Virus record (IMG/VR): IMGVR_UViG_3300020045_016223
Location: 1 to 51,088 of that record
Reading direction: 5' to 3' (one strand)
DNA length: 51,088 nt
DNA from: a virus
Taxonomy: Duplodnaviria; Caudoviricetes
Position 1 is the first letter of the stretch; every line of letters starts with the position of its first letter. Shown piece after piece: positions 16,174-24,893 of this stretch. The translations under genes and the position numbers were made by a program. The notes beneath the pieces are model-generated. The model worked only from the letters and a program-made list of their open reading frames with translations, was not told the origin of the DNA and searched no databases.

Positions 16174-18495
16174 ATGCCAGACGAATTCAAAGAAGATCAT
16201 CTATATCAACTCCCATCTATCCTTGATCAAATCAACATTGAGGATATCTCTTTTAATGAGGATGATGAAGCAGTCGAGCAATTCATCCAACCTAACTTTT
16301 CAGGCCATAATGAAAACCTAGCAGAAAAACTTCCAGACAGTGTTTTAAACAAAATTTCCTCCAGATTAATTGATGATATAGAAAATGACATCATTTCCCG
16401 TAAGGATTGGGAAGATGGGCTCGTTGATATATTGAAGCAACTTGGCATCAAGGTTGATAAGAGAACTTTTCCATTTGAGGGGGCAAGCGGTATCTATTCC
16501 CCTATTGTCATGAGGACAGTTGTTGAATTTTATGTCAGTGCTGTCCCTGAGCTTCTTCCTTTAGAGGGGCCTATAAAACAACTCATTATAGGGCAAGTGA
16601 CAAAAGAGCTGGAAGAAATCGCAAATCGCGTAGAAACATGGTCAAATATTTATTTTACCAAAGAAGCTCCTGAGTATTACTCAGATTTCAAAAAAATGCT
16701 CATGTGGCTAGGGGTTATCGGAGATACAGTTAGAAAAACATATTTTGATCCTATTCTGAAACGTCCTACTTCTAAATTCATTTTTCCTCAAGATTTTATC
16801 GTAAAATACGGCACAACAGACCTTGAAACATGCGACCGCATGACTGAAGTCATTCAACGTAACAAAATAGATATGGCACGATATAAGCAACTCGGTATCT
16901 ATCGTGATATTGATTTGCTTTCCGATGATGAAGATGATGAGACAAGCCTTAAAAAAACCATCAATTATGTAGAAGGGATAACAGTCCCTAACTATGAAGA
17001 GTCAGACACCTATACACTTTATGAGTCACATGTTTATCTTGATATTGAAGAATTAAAAAACAATGAAACTTCAGAATCAGATGTCAATGAAGATTTAGAA
17101 AAGAGCAACTACCGTCCATACATTGTAACAATTGATAAGAAAACAACAAAAATCCTTGCTATCTACAGGAATTGGGAAGAAAAAGACAATGATTTTGAGC
17201 GTCTAGATATATTCACTAATTATGTTTACATGGAAGGTCTTGGGTTCTATGGCTTTGGTGCTGCACATCTTATCGGAGGACTTGCAGAAGGTTCTACGAT
17301 GCTATTGCGGCAAACAATAGATGGACAGACTCTATCAAACTTTCCTGGTGGTTTGCGTGTTAAAGGAACGCGTGCCGTTGATAATAACCTAAAAGTAGGC
17401 CCTACAGAGTTTATAGAGATAGATACAGGCGGCCAACGTATCCAAGACGCTATTATGTTGATGCCTTATAAGGAACCATCTCCTTATATTAATGAATTGC
17501 GTAAGGAGCTAGAAGCTGCTGCATCCGGTGTTATGGGAGCAGCAAACTCACAAATAGCTGACTTTAACCCAAATGTTCCAGTTGGAACAACATACGCTCT
17601 CCTGGGTCTTCTTTATAAGGTACAAAGCACGGTCATTCGCGGTATCAGGGATTCTATGTCAAAGGAATTCAAAATATTCTACCGCTTGTTTTCAAAACAT
17701 CTTCCTGATGTTGCTTATGATTTTGATGGTGCTGGTATCTCATCCCAAATAAGTTCACATGATTTTATTGAAAATGTCCATATTGTTCCGATAGCTGATC
17801 CGCACGTCACATCAGAAGTGCAAAGGCTTATAAGAAGCCAGTTAATCGTAGATTCCGCAAATCAGTCCCCAGACCTTCATAATCGGTATGAAGCATACAG
17901 GATGCTTTATCAATCTATGAAGCTGTCAGAATCCCAAATAAATGAATTATTGCCGCCGCCAAGCGAGACTATTCCTCTCGGCCCTGTAGAAGAAAACCAA
18001 AATTTAATAAAAGGTAAACCTGTTGTCGCATTTATTGAGCAAGATCACGCCTCTCATAATATAATCCATAGTTTGATAGAAAATGATCCTAATTCTCCGC
18101 CTGAAGTTATAGCAGCAACAATGGCACATAAAGCTGAACACACTGCTTTTGAATTCCGATTGAAAATTGAAAATATGATAGGATTTCAGCTACCGGAAAA
18201 TCCTTCAGATGTTCCTATAGAAGTACAAAACCAAATTGCAATGATGGTAGCCCAAGCCATTATGCAACAACAACAGCAACAGCAACAAGAAGCTCCTCCG
18301 CCTCCTCTTGATCCTGCTCTTGTTATGTTGGAAGAAGTCAAGGTGAAGGACAAGGGCATTGATGAAAAAGCAAAAGCTGACCAGCTAAAAGCAGAAACAG
18401 AATCATTTAAAGCCCAACTTAATTACGAAGCAGAGATGAAAAAAATTGAATTGGGTGAGAAAGAATTAGAATTAAAAGCAGCAGGTATTATTTAA
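16174..18495 (+). CDS. Portal protein
   Basis: 773 aa after TerL; SRKDWE, PFEGASG, GLGFYGFG..HLIGGL, LRQ.ID..TLSN.PGG, MPYKEPS; Gln-rich helical barrel. Confidence 0.9.
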   Translation: MPDEFKEDHLYQLPSILDQINIEDISFNEDDEAVEQFIQPNFSGHNENLAEKLPDSVLNKISSRLIDDIENDIISRKDWEDGLVDILKQLGIKVDKRTFPFEGASGIYSPIVMRTVVEFYVSAVPELLPLEGPIKQLIIGQVTKELEEIANRVETWSNIYFTKEAPEYYSDFKKMLMWLGVIGDTVRKTYFDPILKRPTSKFIFPQDFIVKYGTTDLETCDRMTEVIQRNKIDMARYKQLGIYRDIDLLSDDEDDETSLKKTINYVEGITVPNYEESDTYTLYESHVYLDIEELKNNETSESDVNEDLEKSNYRPYIVTIDKKTTKILAIYRNWEEKDNDFERLDIFTNYVYMEGLGFYGFGAAHLIGGLAEGSTMLLRQTIDGQTLSNFPGGLRVKGTRAVDNNLKVGPTEFIEIDTGGQRIQDAIMLMPYKEPSPYINELRKELEAAASGVMGAANSQIADFNPNVPVGTTYALLGLLYKVQSTVIRGIRDSMSKEFKIFYRLFSKHLPDVAYDFDGAGISSQISSHDFIENVHIVPIADPHVTSEVQRLIRSQLIVDSANQSPDLHNRYEAYRMLYQSMKLSESQINELLPPPSETIPLGPVEENQNLIKGKPVVAFIEQDHASHNIIHSLIENDPNSPPEVIAATMAHKAEHTAFEFRLKIENMIGFQLPENPSDVPIEVQNQIAMMVAQAIMQQQQQQQQEAPPPPLDPALVMLEEVKVKDKGIDEKAKADQLKAETESFKAQLNYEAEMKKIELGEKELELKAAGII

Positions 18496-18606
18496 GACCT
18501 AAAATTTTAGATAAATTTGTGAGATAATAACTAATGTATACGGGTATATACCACCATGTTTGAATGTTCGACATGGAATTAACGTTAATTAATAGGGAAA
18601 TAGAAA

Positions 18607-18945
18607 ATGAGTAAGCATCATAAAAAGCGGGAAGGCGATTTGCATGGTAGAGACGTTGGGCTGATTGGTGAACGTCATGAGAAAGTAGCAGGTTATGAAA
18701 GTCCTATGTGGGAAGCTGTAAACAAGATGATTGAAGGACACATGCCTACAACTAATCTTTGTACTGTAGCAGCCGCAGGTAGTAATCATGGTGGCAATCA
18801 TAGAAGTGTAGAACGTGAACAAAGCCGAATGGTAGAAGGAAAGCACGAATTACATAGTGGTCGCATGAAGAATGATGAGCCTCCTCGTCATAAAAAGCAT
18901 TTTGCTGCTGGTGGTGTTGGTAAGGTAAGAAAAGGCCAATATTAA
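18607..18945 (+). CDS. Small basic His-rich protein with FAAGG motif
   Basis: 112 aa after the portal, followed by a terminator. Confidence 0.7.
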   Translation: MSKHHKKREGDLHGRDVGLIGERHEKVAGYESPMWEAVNKMIEGHMPTTNLCTVAAAGSNHGGNHRSVEREQSRMVEGKHELHSGRMKNDEPPRHKKHFAAGGVGKVRKGQY

Positions 18946-18949
18946 AAAT

Positions 18950-18996
18950 GAAATAGGGAGGAGCTATCAAATCTTTCCCTATTTCTATCGTTTTTT
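18950..18996 (+). terminator. Intrinsic terminator
   Basis: GAAATAGGGA / TCCCTATTTC stem followed by a T-rich tail. Confidence 0.65.
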
Positions 18997-19084
18997 ATCA
19001 TGAAAAATTATGTTTGACAACAATGTAAAATTTATTTAAAAATAAAGATTGTATTTTAAACATATTTTATCATAAGGAATAAAA

Positions 19085-19318
19085 ATGAGTCTCGTAAAAT
19101 TTAAAGACGCTATTGTTAATCCACTCAAAACAACCATTGAACAACATAAAGCTGTTACCCTTGCTCAATTTAGCTCCCGCGATGATCTAACAAAACAATG
19201 GGATCGTGCAGAAGGCATGTCAATGTCTCTTAATCATATCGAAAGTGTTTATTCCAAGTTTGAGAATGAAAAACCTGTTGAGCAGGAACAGGTTGTAGAA
19301 ATACTCCCACCTCAATAA
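19085..19318 (+). CDS. Small head-module protein
   Basis: 77 aa, AAGGA RBS, TTGACA at 19014. Confidence 0.7.
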   Translation: MSLVKFKDAIVNPLKTTIEQHKAVTLAQFSSRDDLTKQWDRAEGMSMSLNHIESVYSKFENEKPVEQEQVVEILPPQ

Positions 19319-19328
19319 GGATAGATTA

Positions 19329-19751
19329 ATGCGTTTATTAGAAGGTGCAACTATTACAAATGATGTGATCCGAGAAATTTTGGGAGAAAAACACCCTATT
19401 GCTCTTGGTTGGCAAGTCTTAATAGAAACTTATGATTTAGGAGATAATTTTGTTAATGCGGATGGTTCAAAAAGCCTTTTTGAACGTCCTGACATAGCAA
19501 AAGACCGTGATCCATTTCAAATGGGTGTAGGTAAAGTCCTCATGGTCGGAAGTGCGGCTTTTAGGGGGTCTAAATATGTATTTTGGGACATTATCCCTGA
19601 AGAAGGAGATTATGTTTCATTTTATAAATATGAAGGTACGCAAGCCGTTCACGACAGAACGAATATTCAATATTTTCAAGATTATAATATCATAAGTATT
19701 ATTCCTGAGCCTTCTTTATCCGCATGTTACCATAATTTTAGAGGTATTTAA
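19329..19751 (+). CDS. groES: Divergent GroES-like co-chaperonin
   Basis: P..LGWQVLI / long mobile loop / GKVLMVGSAAF / EEGDYVSFYKYEG follow the GroES pattern PL.DRV.V...G.V.AVG...GD.V.F..Y.G. Confidence 0.75.
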   Translation: MRLLEGATITNDVIREILGEKHPIALGWQVLIETYDLGDNFVNADGSKSLFERPDIAKDRDPFQMGVGKVLMVGSAAFRGSKYVFWDIIPEEGDYVSFYKYEGTQAVHDRTNIQYFQDYNIISIIPEPSLSACYHNFRGI

Positions 19752-19762
19752 GGAGCTGTTAA

Positions 19763-20878
19763 GTGAGCGATAAAGATATCGGAAATGCAACTACACAAAC
19801 AATGTATGAGTTGGCAACAAAACCTACTTTTGTAGACAGAAGTGAAGATATTGAGCAGCAAATATCATGGGAAATTGCAGGTGAGGAAGAGACAACGCAA
19901 TTTCCCCCCAATCAGGAAGAAGTAAAAGAAGAAATCTCCCCTCATGAAGAGGAGCAAGATATTGCTGAAAAAACACAATCCATTCCTGAATCTGATGATG
20001 AAGCAACAGAAGAATCAGAAAAAAAGAAGAAAAAGAATAGAATATCTGAAAAGAGCAGAATTGCTCAACTTACCCGTGAATTAAGGCAAGCACAATCTGT
20101 AGCGCATGACGTTCTTTCACGTAATCAATTTCTAGAATCGAAAATATCCCAAAAAGAAAAAGAATCTTTCACAACTCAAGAAAATTATCTTACAGCCCAA
20201 AAGGAAAGAGTTAAAAAATATCTCACTGATGCCATTGAGGAGGGTGATCCGTCCAAGATTGCCGAAGCCAATGATCTACTCAGTCAATATAACACTGAAA
20301 TCCTGATCAATAAGCAAAAACAAATTGTTCAAACAGAAATTCCCCAACAAAGGTCATATACCCAATCTTCTTATGAAGAGCCTATAGAAATTCCTTATGA
20401 AGAAACGGGCAAAGAATGGATGGAAAAAAACTCTTGGGCTAATCCACAATCTCCCCATTTTGACAAAGAAATGTATGAAGAAGCAGATAATTATTCTATA
20501 CGGCTCGCCCGTAAATATAAATTAGAAGGAAGAGGAGATGAAGTCGGAACAGAGGATTTTTTCAATGAAATCACAGACTACATCAAAGATTCTTATGATA
20601 TTTCAACAACTCCTCAAGCTTCTAATTCTAAGCCACAATCAAGGGATAGAATGCAAATGAAGACTGATAAATCACCACCTGTAGGTTCTGTAACCCGTCA
20701 AACTCCTATTAATCAACCATCATCAAAATCTAGAGATATTGTCCTTACACCCGAACAAAAAGAAATAGCTTATTCTTTACGTGGTTTTGTAAGAGACCCT
20801 AAAACAGGGCAAAAAGTTCAAGACAATAGAACTCTTGAAGAAATTTATAAACATAACCTCATGAAAGGAAATGGATAA
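19763..20878 (+). CDS. Putative capsid scaffolding protein
   Basis: Acidic N-terminus, RIAQLT coiled coil, W...NSW, C-terminal VLTPEQKEIA; head-module position. Confidence 0.7.
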   Translation: MSDKDIGNATTQTMYELATKPTFVDRSEDIEQQISWEIAGEEETTQFPPNQEEVKEEISPHEEEQDIAEKTQSIPESDDEATEESEKKKKKNRISEKSRIAQLTRELRQAQSVAHDVLSRNQFLESKISQKEKESFTTQENYLTAQKERVKKYLTDAIEEGDPSKIAEANDLLSQYNTEILINKQKQIVQTEIPQQRSYTQSSYEEPIEIPYEETGKEWMEKNSWANPQSPHFDKEMYEEADNYSIRLARKYKLEGRGDEVGTEDFFNEITDYIKDSYDISTTPQASNSKPQSRDRMQMKTDKSPPVGSVTRQTPINQPSSKSRDIVLTPEQKEIAYSLRGFVRDPKTGQKVQDNRTLEEIYKHNLMKGNG

Positions 20879-21426
20879 TGGCACGCCCGAAAAATACAGA
20901 TAATATTGAATCTTCCGTTTTTCCTGATGGATATCAAATGAATGCATGGAATGATGATAGGTCTGTTGGTATTGCTGCAGAGAGGAGCCGATTAGATGAT
21001 AGGCGTCCTGAAACGCATTATAAAAGACATAAAGGAAGACTATCATTTCCAATGCATGAAATTCCATCCGACATGCAATATATCTTTGCCACCCATACAT
21101 TATTAAATGAGCCTCAAGGTGATAATCTTCAGGAATTATATGAAGATGGATATGATTTTGTAAAAAAAAGTGCTCATCCAAGCCAAGTAGGCCCTGAACT
21201 AACCACATACTCAGATGACCGTATCCGAAAGGGTGCGTGTGTTGTTATGAAAAAACCAAAGCATCTTTGGGTTGCTGACCAGAAAGCCAATGAGGAAGAA
21301 AGCACGAGAAAACAAAAAGATGTTTTAGCTTGTACAGATTATTTTGGATCACCAGCAGGTCAACCACGTTTTGTAGTTGAAAATAGTGGGTCTTATACAC
21401 CAAGTTACAGCGACAAAAGAGGTTAA
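20878..21426 (+). CDS. Head-module protein of unknown function
   Basis: TAATG-coupled to the scaffold gene. Confidence 0.7.
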   Translation: MARPKNTDNIESSVFPDGYQMNAWNDDRSVGIAAERSRLDDRRPETHYKRHKGRLSFPMHEIPSDMQYIFATHTLLNEPQGDNLQELYEDGYDFVKKSAHPSQVGPELTTYSDDRIRKGACVVMKKPKHLWVADQKANEEESTRKQKDVLACTDYFGSPAGQPRFVVENSGSYTPSYSDKRG

Positions 21427-21431
21427 TATAT

Positions 21432-23075
21432 ATGTTTCCTAAAATTATTCTATTTGGTAATGAAAACCGAACTAAAATGCTGGAAGGCATCAACATCCTG
21501 GCTAACTCTGTTAAATCTACCTTAGGTCCACAAGGAAGAAATGTTGTTATAGCAGTTAAAAATAAACCAATCCGTTTCACGAAAGATGGTGTTTCTGTTG
21601 CCAAAGAAGTTTGTTTGGAAGATGCAGTGCAAGAGACAGGGGTCAATATCATAAAAGAAGTTGCCCTTAATACATGCGATACGGTAGGAGATGGAACTAC
21701 AACAGCCACCGTTATTGCACAAAATATTATTAGCCAAGGAACATCTTATTTAGAAAATGGTCATAATCCTATGGATTTGAAGAGAGGTATAGATATCTCT
21801 ATTGAATTCGTAGAAAAATATTTGCGTGAGAAGTCCATTGATGTTTCTACAGATGAAGAAGTCATTAACATTGCAAAAATTGCTTGTAATGGAGATAGGG
21901 AGCTTGGAGAGCTTATTGCCAGTACATTTAAGAAAGTTGGGAAAGAGGGTGTAATAACTTTAGAAGAATCTTCTTCCGGTAAAACAGAAGTAACGATGAC
22001 AGAAGGACTTCAACTTGATAAAGGGTTTATTTCTCCTTATTTCGTAACAAATCCAGCTAAAATGGTCTGTGAATTGGAGAATCCATATATCCTTGTGTAT
22101 GACAAGAAAATATCTACTCTTCAACCTATGTTTCCTCTTCTTGACTCTATCGTTTCTTCTAATGATTCCTTATTGATTATTGCCGAAGATGTAGACTCTG
22201 AAGCGTTGGCCAGTCTTGTTATTAACCATAAAAAGAATGGGTTTAAGATTGCAGCTATTAAAAGTCCATCTTTTGGATTGCAAAAAGTAGATTTGATTTC
22301 TGATCTTTCGGTTATGACAGGTTCTAAAATGGCTTCCGAGGATATGGGAATAAAATTGGAAGGCATACGAAAAGATATGCTCGGACGCGCTAAAAAAATC
22401 ATCATTAGTGCTGAAAAAACAATAGTTGTTGGGGGATATGGTGACCAAAAAGAAATTCAAGAAAGATGTGAATATCTAAGGAATGAAATTGAATCTTGTG
22501 ATAATCCACAGATGAAAAACCATCTCCAAGAAAGGCTTGCAAGGCTTACAAATGGGGTAGCCGTTGTTAAAGTAGGTGGAATCAGTGATTTTGACATAAA
22601 AGAACGTAAAGACCGTGTTGAAGATGCTATTCATGCAACAAGAGCAGCCTTACAAGAAGGTATATTGCCTGGTGGTGGTATTGCCTTATTGAATGCTTCT
22701 AATCATTTAAACTCTTTAGATTGTGAACATAATCCAAAGATAGCGCATGGTATTTATTTAATTGAAACCGCTTTGAAAGCTCCTTGGAACCAAATCCTTG
22801 AAAATGCAGGGCTAATTCCTGAAGAAATATATGAAGGTCTTGACAGACACGCTGAAAATTCATTTCGATTAGGATATGATGCTTTAAACTTCCAATACGT
22901 TAATATGATTGATGCTGGAATTATTGACCCTACCAAAGTCGTTATCACTGCCTTTAAAGATGCTGCTTCTATCGCAGGATTACTATTAACGACAGAAGTT
23001 GCTCTTATCGAAGAGAATGAAATTACTCTTGATACAGTACAAGGCTCATCTAGCTCAATTAAGGTGAGAGTTTGA
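21432..23075 (+). CDS. groEL: Chaperonin GroEL (Cpn60), phage-encoded
   Basis: STLGPQGRNV, TKDGVSVAKE, GDGTTTATV, GFISPYF, IIAEDV, LQERLARL..GVAV, KDRVEDA, PGGG, GIIDPTKV; no GGM tail. Confidence 0.97.
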   Translation: MFPKIILFGNENRTKMLEGINILANSVKSTLGPQGRNVVIAVKNKPIRFTKDGVSVAKEVCLEDAVQETGVNIIKEVALNTCDTVGDGTTTATVIAQNIISQGTSYLENGHNPMDLKRGIDISIEFVEKYLREKSIDVSTDEEVINIAKIACNGDRELGELIASTFKKVGKEGVITLEESSSGKTEVTMTEGLQLDKGFISPYFVTNPAKMVCELENPYILVYDKKISTLQPMFPLLDSIVSSNDSLLIIAEDVDSEALASLVINHKKNGFKIAAIKSPSFGLQKVDLISDLSVMTGSKMASEDMGIKLEGIRKDMLGRAKKIIISAEKTIVVGGYGDQKEIQERCEYLRNEIESCDNPQMKNHLQERLARLTNGVAVVKVGGISDFDIKERKDRVEDAIHATRAALQEGILPGGGIALLNASNHLNSLDCEHNPKIAHGIYLIETALKAPWNQILENAGLIPEEIYEGLDRHAENSFRLGYDALNFQYVNMIDAGIIDPTKVVITAFKDAASIAGLLLTTEVALIEENEITLDTVQGSSSSIKVRV

Positions 23076-23244
23076 AATACAATCTTTTTGATAAGGTCAT
23101 ATACACTTCATTTATTTTTCTTATGGTTGTATTTGCAATACACCTATGCATGTTTGTTACAGATTGTGTAGAAGGCCTATCAGAACCATTAGTTCTTCAT
23201 TGGACTTGTTTTTAAAGATGATGACATCCTGAAAGAAAGAAAAA

Positions 23245-23340
23245 ATGATCACGCTTGGCAATATGTTGTTATTTTTGATTGTGATAGTGTCTGCTTGTTG
23301 GTTAGCCATAGAAATATTTAAAAAAATATCTAAAAATTGA
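23245..23340 (+). CDS. 31-aa hydrophobic peptide (not in ORF track)
   Basis: MITLGNMLLFLIVIVSACWLAIEIFKKISKN: one TM helix plus a basic tail. Confidence 0.4.
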   Translation: MITLGNMLLFLIVIVSACWLAIEIFKKISKN

Positions 23341-23496
23341 TATCCAACTGATGTTAAATTAATTTCAAACAGAGAATTAGGCTATTTTATCGCTGCTACT
23401 AAAATGATGTGTCATTTTTAATCTCTTCATGTCATATTTCCTGATACTACATGTTTCCCTTCAAAAAATCTAAAAATATAATAGGGAGTATTCAAT

Positions 23497-24021
23497 ATGA
23501 TTAAACAAGCCTTACTCATAATTATAACTATGACTTTCTCATTTTATAGCTTAATGGCGATAGAGATAGAGGAGGATGGAAAAACTGTGCCTACCTCTCA
23601 ACCATTTGTCAGGAAGACCATGATCTATACATTCAATGAAGAAGGAAAAATGATAGGAAGGGAAGGTGAATCATTCCAAAGCGATGAAATTTTTTTAGAA
23701 ATAGATTCGTTACTAAAGGAAGAGTCAAGAATTCAATCTAAACTTGCGTCTATAAGATCGCAACGCACTGTTCAAGATAGGAGTGATGATCCTGCAACCT
23801 TATTGGTAACGACTCCTGTAATATGTTGTTATCCATGTTGTATCCTATGGTCACTTCTTTCAGAGTGCTTTGCTAAAGAGCATGACATGAAGAATCTCAT
23901 GAATGAGGAAGTAGAGAACAAAATCAAATTAAGGGAACTTGATCAACAAATCAGAAGGTTGATGAAGGATATTTATTTGCGCACAGGCCGCCAGCATCCC
24001 AAGATGCGCATTTCTTCATAA
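23497..24021 (+). CDS. Secreted protein with signal peptide and Cys-rich hydrophobic motif (moron)
   Basis: MIKQALLIIITMTFSFYSLMA-IE signal; VICCYPCCILWSLLSECF between coiled coils; GGGAG RBS. Confidence 0.75.
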   Translation: MIKQALLIIITMTFSFYSLMAIEIEEDGKTVPTSQPFVRKTMIYTFNEEGKMIGREGESFQSDEIFLEIDSLLKEESRIQSKLASIRSQRTVQDRSDDPATLLVTTPVICCYPCCILWSLLSECFAKEHDMKNLMNEEVENKIKLRELDQQIRRLMKDIYLRTGRQHPKMRISS

Positions 24022-24113
24022 ATATATGATTGATGCACCATCTTCGTTTATTCTTCTTTTTTACCCTATTAAATAAAATTTTAATAAAATTGTATTTTCT
24101 GTCTTATTACCCA

Positions 24114-24284
24114 TAAAATTTTATGATAATGTACATATATCAACTTACGGTTCTATCCGTTAGTTCGTCCCTTCGGGTTGACGCCATAGGAATATTAGGA
24201 AAAGAGCCTAATTATTCCTCTTTCGCGCATTAGGTGCGCAAAATCCCTCTTTTATACAATTTAATAATTTTTCAGGAGTTTAAC
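24114..24284 (+). promoter_or_regulatory. Promoter and structured 5' leader of the capsid operon
   Basis: GATAAT (24125-24130), then four hairpins, then the CAGGAG RBS. Confidence 0.55.
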
Positions 24285-24890
24285 ATGACTTATGGCGTCA
24301 ATGCGCCGTTAGGCTTGCAAGCTGCAACATATGGTAGCTCTGCGCCTTGGTCTGGCGGTTTTCAAGTATTCAATATCACACCAAATTACGGTACGTCCCT
24401 ATTTCTTGGTGACTTAGTAACTTTCACAAATGGACAACTTGTCCGATATACACCAGGTCAATCGGCTACCGCTGCTCCCTGTGGTGTTTTCTGGGGATGT
24501 ACTTTTACAGACCCTACGGGTGTAGTTCAAATTCAAAAATATTGGCCAGCAGCACAAGCGGTCAAGACAGGTACGTATCCGCTTGCAAATGTAATTACCG
24601 ACACAAATACCATCTTTTCAATTCAATCGAGTGCTGCATTTGCATGGTCTAACTTGGATAAGAATTTTGACGTTACGTTTGCAACGGCAGGTAATCCATT
24701 AACCGGAGAATCAGGAATGATGTTGGATTATACGACTGTTGCAGCAACCGCTACGCTTCCTCTGCATGTTATCGCTTTTGACACAGTTCCAGGAAATGTT
24801 CCAACCCCAGGGGGAACAAGTGTGGCTTATGCGAATGTCCTCGTGAAGCTTAATAATACAACCATCAACGCCGGATCAACAGGAGTATAA
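24285..24890 (+). CDS. Capsid decoration/auxiliary protein
   Basis: Start re-assigned to MTYGVNAPLGL behind AGGAG; beta-rich, LFLGDLV and GVFWGC.FTD; immediately upstream of the MCP. Confidence 0.75.
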   Translation: MTYGVNAPLGLQAATYGSSAPWSGGFQVFNITPNYGTSLFLGDLVTFTNGQLVRYTPGQSATAAPCGVFWGCTFTDPTGVVQIQKYWPAAQAVKTGTYPLANVITDTNTIFSIQSSAAFAWSNLDKNFDVTFATAGNPLTGESGMMLDYTTVAATATLPLHVIAFDTVPGNVPTPGGTSVAYANVLVKLNNTTINAGSTGV

Positions 24891-24893
24891 CTA

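Noticed and set aside
18265-18310. Poly-Gln/Pro run in the portal as a special repeat
   Set aside because: Ordinary low-complexity linker of the portal barrel.
21432-23075. Host chromosomal groESL operon, i.e. a prophage boundary
   Set aside because: No canonical adjacent groES or CIRCE element; the gene is tightly packed between phage head genes on both sides.
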